From positions 1-39,162 of the forward strand of contig NMRA01001215.1 in assembly GCA_002633005.1 (NCBI GenBank): a stretch of 39,162 bases of DNA. Direction: 5' to 3'. How positions within the stretch are numbered: position 1 is the stretch's first letter; each line of letters opens with the position of its first letter. The DNA is from Phoronis australis (taxonomy: Eukaryota; Animalia; Phoronida). Shown here piece after piece: positions 34,701-39,162 of the stretch. Under the pieces are notes generated by a model. That model was given only the letters and a program-made list of their open reading frames with translations, searched no databases and was not told the DNA's origin. Both the position numbers and the translations under genes were made by a program.

Positions 34701-35782
34701 GACAATATCTTGCAAGCGTTGAAGTAAACGTCACGAGTTTTGTAGATGTTCACCAGATTTGCGACCGCTCACTAAATAGCATCTAAATATACAACTGCGC
34801 ATGTAAATCACGTGTCAATTTGGAAATAAACAGGGATTTAACTAATGCCAAACGGTAATCTCTGGTTATGGCTGGAAAATTGTATTTTGCAGCATCTTAC
34901 CGAAAGCAGGTTGTAAGCTCCTGGATTGTTTCACCTGGCCTTTGTTTGGTGTAGGATCAAAATTTGAAGCATCCCGGTATTGCAAAATGTAGGGAAGAAA
35001 TAAATCTCAATAGATTTTGCTATTTAAATAATGGTTAGCTGATTGATATCATTGTGTGGCGTTTGTTCTTCTGACAGCGTGCCAAACAACATGTTCACGG
35101 TGGAAGTTTTTTTTTTTTTTCAAAATGACTTAGGGCAATTTCTCGGTTGATATAGAATTGGCTTTGGTGAAAGTTCCAAATCGTGGCCAGTAATCGTTCC
35201 ATGACTCGATGGAACTATTATAACAGGCAGATAAAATTACACATCTCACTTACCTACAGGTAGCATGCGACCACCAACGAGAACAGGCAAGTGAGAGTGG
35301 GGGTAAAGGTATGACAGATTGTTTTGAATGGTTTAAAGAGAATTTCTATAAAAGTGAAATTTTCCTGCATAGTATAGTTGAGACCCCATTCTGTTGAAGA
35401 CATAGATTAGATACGTTACAGAAACTCTACTTACCGAGTATAATCAGCTGGGTAAATGAAAAGGTTTTGAAAGAACCTTTAACGGTCACATCCACTGTGT
35501 ACTGGCCTTCATCAGCAGATGTAACGTTTGACAAAGTAATGGTGAAATCTTTTTTTCCAGGGGAGAAGGTAGAAGAACCGCGGCGTTGATACAAACCAAG
35601 AAATTTTCCACCATCACTTAACTTTTGACGGACTTCAAACACATTAACGCTTTTATACTTGAAGAAAACTTCATCGATGACTTCGTTATCCCTCAGTGTA
35701 CAAACTATCCTGAACGTAGCCGTTTTTTTGTCATTGTTGTAAGCAACAGTTGAAGTCACACCAAAAGCAGAACCAGTAATAT
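22670..35782 (-). CDS. Single V-type Ig domain surface protein with micro-exon-encoded Pro/Ser/Thr/Gly stalk and short hydrophobic C-terminus (5'-partial)
   Basis: Eight exons, all joined at phase 1 with canonical sites: Ig..IIL-V-KPTGTPSVNTETPTVK-R-TTSLTGIGRGG-A-KPSANQSLHKVPPADT-K-TTSLSGNRKDG-A-KPATGSVNTAPSPDT-S-TTKSGSGKGA-V-AADRASKFLPCVASVVMAMSYTTG*. Linkage into one transcript is inferred. Confidence 0.72.
23355..23427 (-). mobile_element. Degenerate tRNA-derived SINE head
   Basis: Minus strand shows A-box-like tggcctagtgtg and B-box-like ggttagaatccc at tRNA spacing, but no complete cloverleaf. Confidence 0.55.
23970..24002 (-). CDS. Ig gene stalk micro-exon type B, module 3 (TTKSGSGKGA), 33 nt
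   Basis: tttacag / gtatgt, phase 1-1. Confidence 0.78.
25770..25995. repeat. Two-copy AT-rich tandem repeat, period about 122 bp
   Basis: tgcttgtaatgct(t)aaatgttgtaa...aataacattttg occurs twice. Confidence 0.8.
26017..26232 (+). repeat. Dispersed repeat, copy 2 (family of 9003-9230)
   Basis: Same conserved blocks as 9003-9230. Confidence 0.62.
27248..27295 (-). CDS. Ig gene stalk micro-exon type A, module 3 (KPATGSVNTAPSPDT), 48 nt
   Basis: tttttacag / gtaagc, phase 1-1. Confidence 0.8.
27763..27797 (-). pseudogene. Dead paralog of the type B micro-exon
   Basis: Donor gtatgt intact and flanking intron homologous to 28137 and 29822, but the acceptor reads ttgcat instead of ttgcag and the length is 35 nt. 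Confidence 0.55.
28137..28172 (-). CDS. Ig gene stalk micro-exon type B, module 2 (TTSLSGNRKDG), 36 nt
   Basis: cttctttacag / gtatgt, phase 1-1. Confidence 0.8.
28393..28704. repeat. About 92-bp direct repeat pair flanking a 120-bp insert
   Basis: acaaaac.tgtgt...ggaccacatgtac at about 28393-28485 and 28613-28704; the spacer matches 23542-23671. Confidence 0.85.
29443..29493 (-). CDS. Ig gene stalk micro-exon type A, module 2 (KPSANQSLHKVPPADT), 51 nt
   Basis: tttttgcag / gtaagc, phase 1-1. Confidence 0.8.
29822..29857 (-). CDS. Ig gene stalk micro-exon type B, module 1 (TTSLTGIGRGG), 36 nt
   Basis: ttcttgcttacag / gtacgt, phase 1-1. Confidence 0.8.
31219..31956. mobile_element. PIF/Harbinger MITE spanning the N gap
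   Basis: Long TIR ggcccggtctccaatctccgtactcagactc, CTG TSD on both sides; same family as 16638-17038. Confidence 0.88.
31428..31530. other. Assembly gap (103 N)
   Basis: Run of N. Confidence 1.
32498..32590 (-). mobile_element. Probable 3' tail of an L2/CR1-type LINE or LINE-dependent SINE
   Basis: Stem-loop gagggtagccccat...atgggggccctc next to a (TAAA)n tail on the minus strand. Confidence 0.45.
34149..34199 (-). CDS. Ig gene stalk micro-exon type A, module 1 (KPTGTPSVNTETPTVK), 51 nt
   Basis: tgttttgcag / gtatgt, phase 1-1. Confidence 0.8.
35435..35782 (-). CDS. V-type immunoglobulin domain exon (116 codons)
   Basis: actttcag / gtaagt, phase 1-1 as typical of Ig exons; YQRR.S..DFTITLSNVTSADEGQYTVDV...TQLII matches V-set D-G strands (LxIxxVxxxDxGxY). 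Confidence 0.88.
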
Positions 35783-36024
35783 CTGAAAGTGTTAAAATGT
35801 AGGAATTTTAGTCACAAAAAAGAAATACCAACAATTGGTTACTTGCGTAGGTGGGCTCCGCACAACAAAAGAAAGTGACAGAAAACTCAACCCACACTGT
35901 CCGTTCCTAATATATTATATATATATTATGCCACCTGAAGGGTACATAATGAACCAATCCCATTCCTAATGTAACAAAAGGGTACCGTGCATGAAATATA
36001 TCAAGTATTGCCCTTCAGAAAAAT

Positions 36025-36100
36025 TACCCTATTCGCGCTAATAAGCCGCCAGGGTGCTTACAAAAATCCGCTTCAGGAAGGGGGGCGCTTATTATAGCCC
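36025..36100 (+). mobile_element. Terminal fragment of a Tc1/mariner-type DNA element
   Basis: taccctatt...aataagccgcc...gggggcgcttatt resembles TACCGTA-type termini with an internal aataagc(g)cc inverted repeat; matching end not seen. Confidence 0.35.
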
Positions 36101-36326
36101 AAATGTGGTTGAAACCCGTCTCCCGTTCAGTATCGCTTGGACCTCGATAAAAAGCAAGACTTTACGAGATTACTTGAGATATTGAACTGTATTTTAAAAG
36201 AGAACACGTGACTTTGGCTAGATTTTAGCTAGGTCCTAGCGTTACTGAACGCAGGTCAGGTCTCCAAAACAAGTGAAATCGTAAGCTAGAATTCATCAAA
36301 CTTACGCTCTGTGACGCATCTGTAAC

Positions 36327-37120
36327 CTGTGACGGAGATTCTACAAAACTGCTGTGCATTGCTATCAAACCTTGCTGTTAACTTACAAGCATTTTTCAGA
36401 AAATCCAACTCCCAAAAATTGCCGCGAATTAGGTTTCAAGTTCCTCAGCTTGGTTTAACTATACATTAATAAACCATCAAAATGGTTCCAAGTAAACAGT
36501 GCAGTGGGCCCACATGCGCTGCCTGCGCACGTCTTGTAAAACGTTTATCATGCAGCCCCTGATTAAAACATGGGTGTTTTTTAATTTTGGTCTGCTATAA
36601 AAAACACCACAGACCTGGATATCCAGCAAAACACTTCTACCTTACAAATCTAAGAAAACTTGAGCACCCGGCAAAATATACTAATTATGAAATCCCAGTG
36701 ATGATAATCACCCACTTTGTTAATTTACTTCACCTACACAATTTGAAATAGTAGGCAAAATAAAGCCCATTCCAGTAAGCACCATGTGGTTCCCAGTGCC
36801 AACTCAATATACACGTATGATAGAACCCAACAAGCTCAAGTTGCCGTCAAATCAGGATGGGCATAAATAAGGAAATTTACTGTATCAACAGATTGGCCAA
36901 AGAAGAATAAGATACAAAGCGTTGCTACAGTTCACACTTGCACGATACTTGGCAACACAGAATTGTACGAAGGCAATGATTTTCGAAATTTGATTACTTT
37001 TTGTTGTATGTGTTTTTCCCAACGGTTCAGGGTTACTTCTGAACCCAGGAAGAAGAACTGAAAGGGGGAGGGTTTGTGATAACGTTGGAGAACGGTAACC
37101 TTTATATAAGATGTTACACC
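36327..37120 (+). repeat. 794-bp segment, copy 1
   Basis: Near-identical to 38369-39162 (three substitutions seen by eye). Confidence 0.97.
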
Positions 37121-37459
37121 TGTCATCAATATTGTCATCTCCTCTGTTTTCATCCAAACTTCCCTGGTGAAAACTTGAATGAACAAGACCTTCAGCACTT
37201 GAGTGATCACGGTATACTGTGTGATTAAACTAGTCAAATTGTTGTAGAGGCGCATTTTAATTCGACCAAATTAGTACTTTTCTAAACCAATAGCGTTAAG
37301 TATCTTTTCCATTCAAAAGTACTCCTTGGACTTTGTGCACAGACATGCTTTCGTAGTTTTTTTTTTCAGTGGACCTATGTGAACCACTCACAAACTCTCT
37401 GATAACTATGCTGCTTTTGGGAAAGCAGACGACATACATGTACAGCACACATCACGAAT

Positions 37460-37610
37460 TTTTGTCCGACCCGTCGGAAATTGGTTGATGACCGGCCGTC
37501 GACCGGTCGTCTAGCCGACCAGCAGCAGACCAACAACGGTCGGCTAGGAGCCGTCTGCTGAGTCGCCTCTGTGGTCGGCACTTGGGTCGGCTAAGTGGTC
37601 GCCTAGCGTA
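37460..37610. repeat. GC-rich inverted-repeat cluster (ccgacc / ggtcgg units), probably a DNA transposon end
   Basis: ctagccgacc...ggtcggctag hairpin and several gtcgg/ccgac units. Confidence 0.5.
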
Positions 37611-37893
37611 GACGTCCAATTCTATGGAACGCCACTAGCGTCACCTTGTGACGGGTCTTTTCTGACACGTGACAAGTCATTTTTGACACGCTGACGCGTC
37701 AATTATGCTGTCGAACTCGTGTGGATGTTCTTAAAAGAACCTGTCAGTGTTAAGGTTTTACAGTGTGTTGACTAAACCAATGAGATCGTCATGTTTTGAG
37801 GTGACTGACAAGAACAAAGGCTGTCAATCATATATCGACTTAGTATTCCAATAGACAAAAACATGAGTTACTGAACACGGAAGTGTCCCGGAA

Positions 37894-38367
37894 ATGTGCA
37901 TTGGCTTGCAGTGCAGTGGTTGTGATGAGGTACATGTACCTACAGCTGGGAGTGCATTGATCGTTGATGGAATGGCATTTCTGCACCGCATGCAAGTATC
38001 TGCTGATACTTTTGGTTCTTTTGCTCACGAATGTCTACAGCGGCTGTTGTCTATCGCTCCACTGCACAACAGTAAACGGGTAGACTTTGTGGCAGATAGG
38101 TACCAAGATGTCAGCATTAAAAACTGTGAACGTAATAGGAGATGTGTAGCATGTTCGTATACAATGCGCATTACTCGCCCTGACCAGAAAATGCCGAAGC
38201 AATACAAGAAGTTCTTATCAATGGAAATAACAAGGAAATCGTTCTCGAGTTTTTGTTTGAGCAGTGGCAGTCGGCTACTTGCATTGGCAAGGTAAAGCTG
38301 TTTGTATCCCATGGAAGTGAGTGCCACGTAATCCACAGGCATCATGACACCAAAAAGTGGACGAAGT
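37894..38367 (+). pseudogene. Frameshifted XPG/PIN-like nuclease fragment of an Academ (AcademX-type) transposon protein
   Basis: ALIVDGMAFLH..TF..A..RVDFVADRY..SIK..ER.RR..P.Q.KKFL, then after a frameshift near 38219 NGNNKEIVLEFLFEQW; cut off at the N. Family assignment is from recalled consensus. Confidence 0.65.
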
Positions 38368-38368
38368 N

Positions 38369-39162
38369 CTGTGACGGAGATTCTACAAAACTGCTGTGCA
38401 TTGCTATCAAACTTTGCTGTTAACTTACAAGCATTTTTCAGAAAACCCAACTCCCAAAAATTGCCGCGAATTAGGTTTCAAGTTCCTCAGCTTGGTTTAA
38501 CTATACATTAACAAACCATCAAAATGGTTCCAAGTAAACAGTGCAGTGGGCCCACATGCGCTGCCTGCGCACGTCTTGTAAAACGTTTATCATGCAGCCC
38601 CTGATTAAAACATGGGTGTTTTTTAATTTTGGTCTGCTATAAAAAACACCACAGACCTGGATATCCAGCAAAACACTTCTACCTTACAAATCTAAGAAAA
38701 CTTGAGCACCCGGCAAAATATACTAATTATGAAATCCCAGTGATGATAATCACCCACTTTGTTAATTTACTTCACCTACACAATTTGAAATAGTAGGCAA
38801 AATAAAGCCCATTCCAGTAAGCACCATGTGGTTCCCAGTGCCAACTCAATATACACGTATGATAGAACCCAACAAGCTCAAGTTGCCGTCAAATCAGGAT
38901 GGGCATAAATAAGGAAATTTACTGTATCAACAGATTGGCCAAAGAAGAATAAGATACAAAGCGTTGCTACAGTTCACACTTGCACGATACTTGGCAACAC
39001 AGAATTGTACGAAGGCAATGATTTTCGAAATTTGATTACTTTTTGTTGTATGTGTTTTTCCCAACGGTTCAGGGTTACTTCTGAACCCAGGAAGAAGAAC
39101 TGAAAGGGGGAGGGTTTGTGATAACGTTGGAGAACGGTAACCTTTATATAAGATGTTACACC
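38369..39162 (+). repeat. 794-bp segment, copy 2, starting right after a single N and running to the window end
   Basis: Direct repeat of 36327-37120. Confidence 0.97.

Noticed and set aside
35840-36310. Signal-peptide exon of the Ig gene (donors near 35842 and 36305)
   Set aside because: I could not find an ATG-initiated hydrophobic leader in phase 1 before either donor; the exon is probably outside the window.

Overview
AT-rich, intron-containing eukaryotic DNA, most consistent with an invertebrate animal; no prokaryotic features are seen. It holds two convergent spliced genes, each reconstructed by hand from splice sites and reading phase. (1) On the + strand, the 3' part of a Tie-like receptor tyrosine kinase (13 exons, 300-14503): end of an FN3 domain, a transmembrane helix, a long four-exon juxtamembrane region, an intact kinase domain and a Tie-type C-tail. 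(2) On the - strand, a gene mostly invisible in the ORF track (35782 to 22670): one atypical V-type Ig exon lacking the canonical disulfide, six 33-51 nt phase-1 micro-exons forming three tandemly duplicated two-exon Pro/Ser/Thr/Gly stalk modules (plus one dead exon copy), and a short hydrophobic, possibly GPI-signal, last exon. Its signal-peptide exon was not found. Introns and the intergenic space carry many transposon remains: a 5.4 kb element with palindromic CTTAAG arrays, a Sola3-like element, a Helitron/Helentron-type element, three Harbinger MITEs, a tRNA-SINE head and an Academ-like XPG fragment. There is a 103-N gap, and a 794-bp near-identical duplication at a single N that is probably an assembly artefact. 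The best candidate for something undescribed is the micro-exon-built Ig surface protein.
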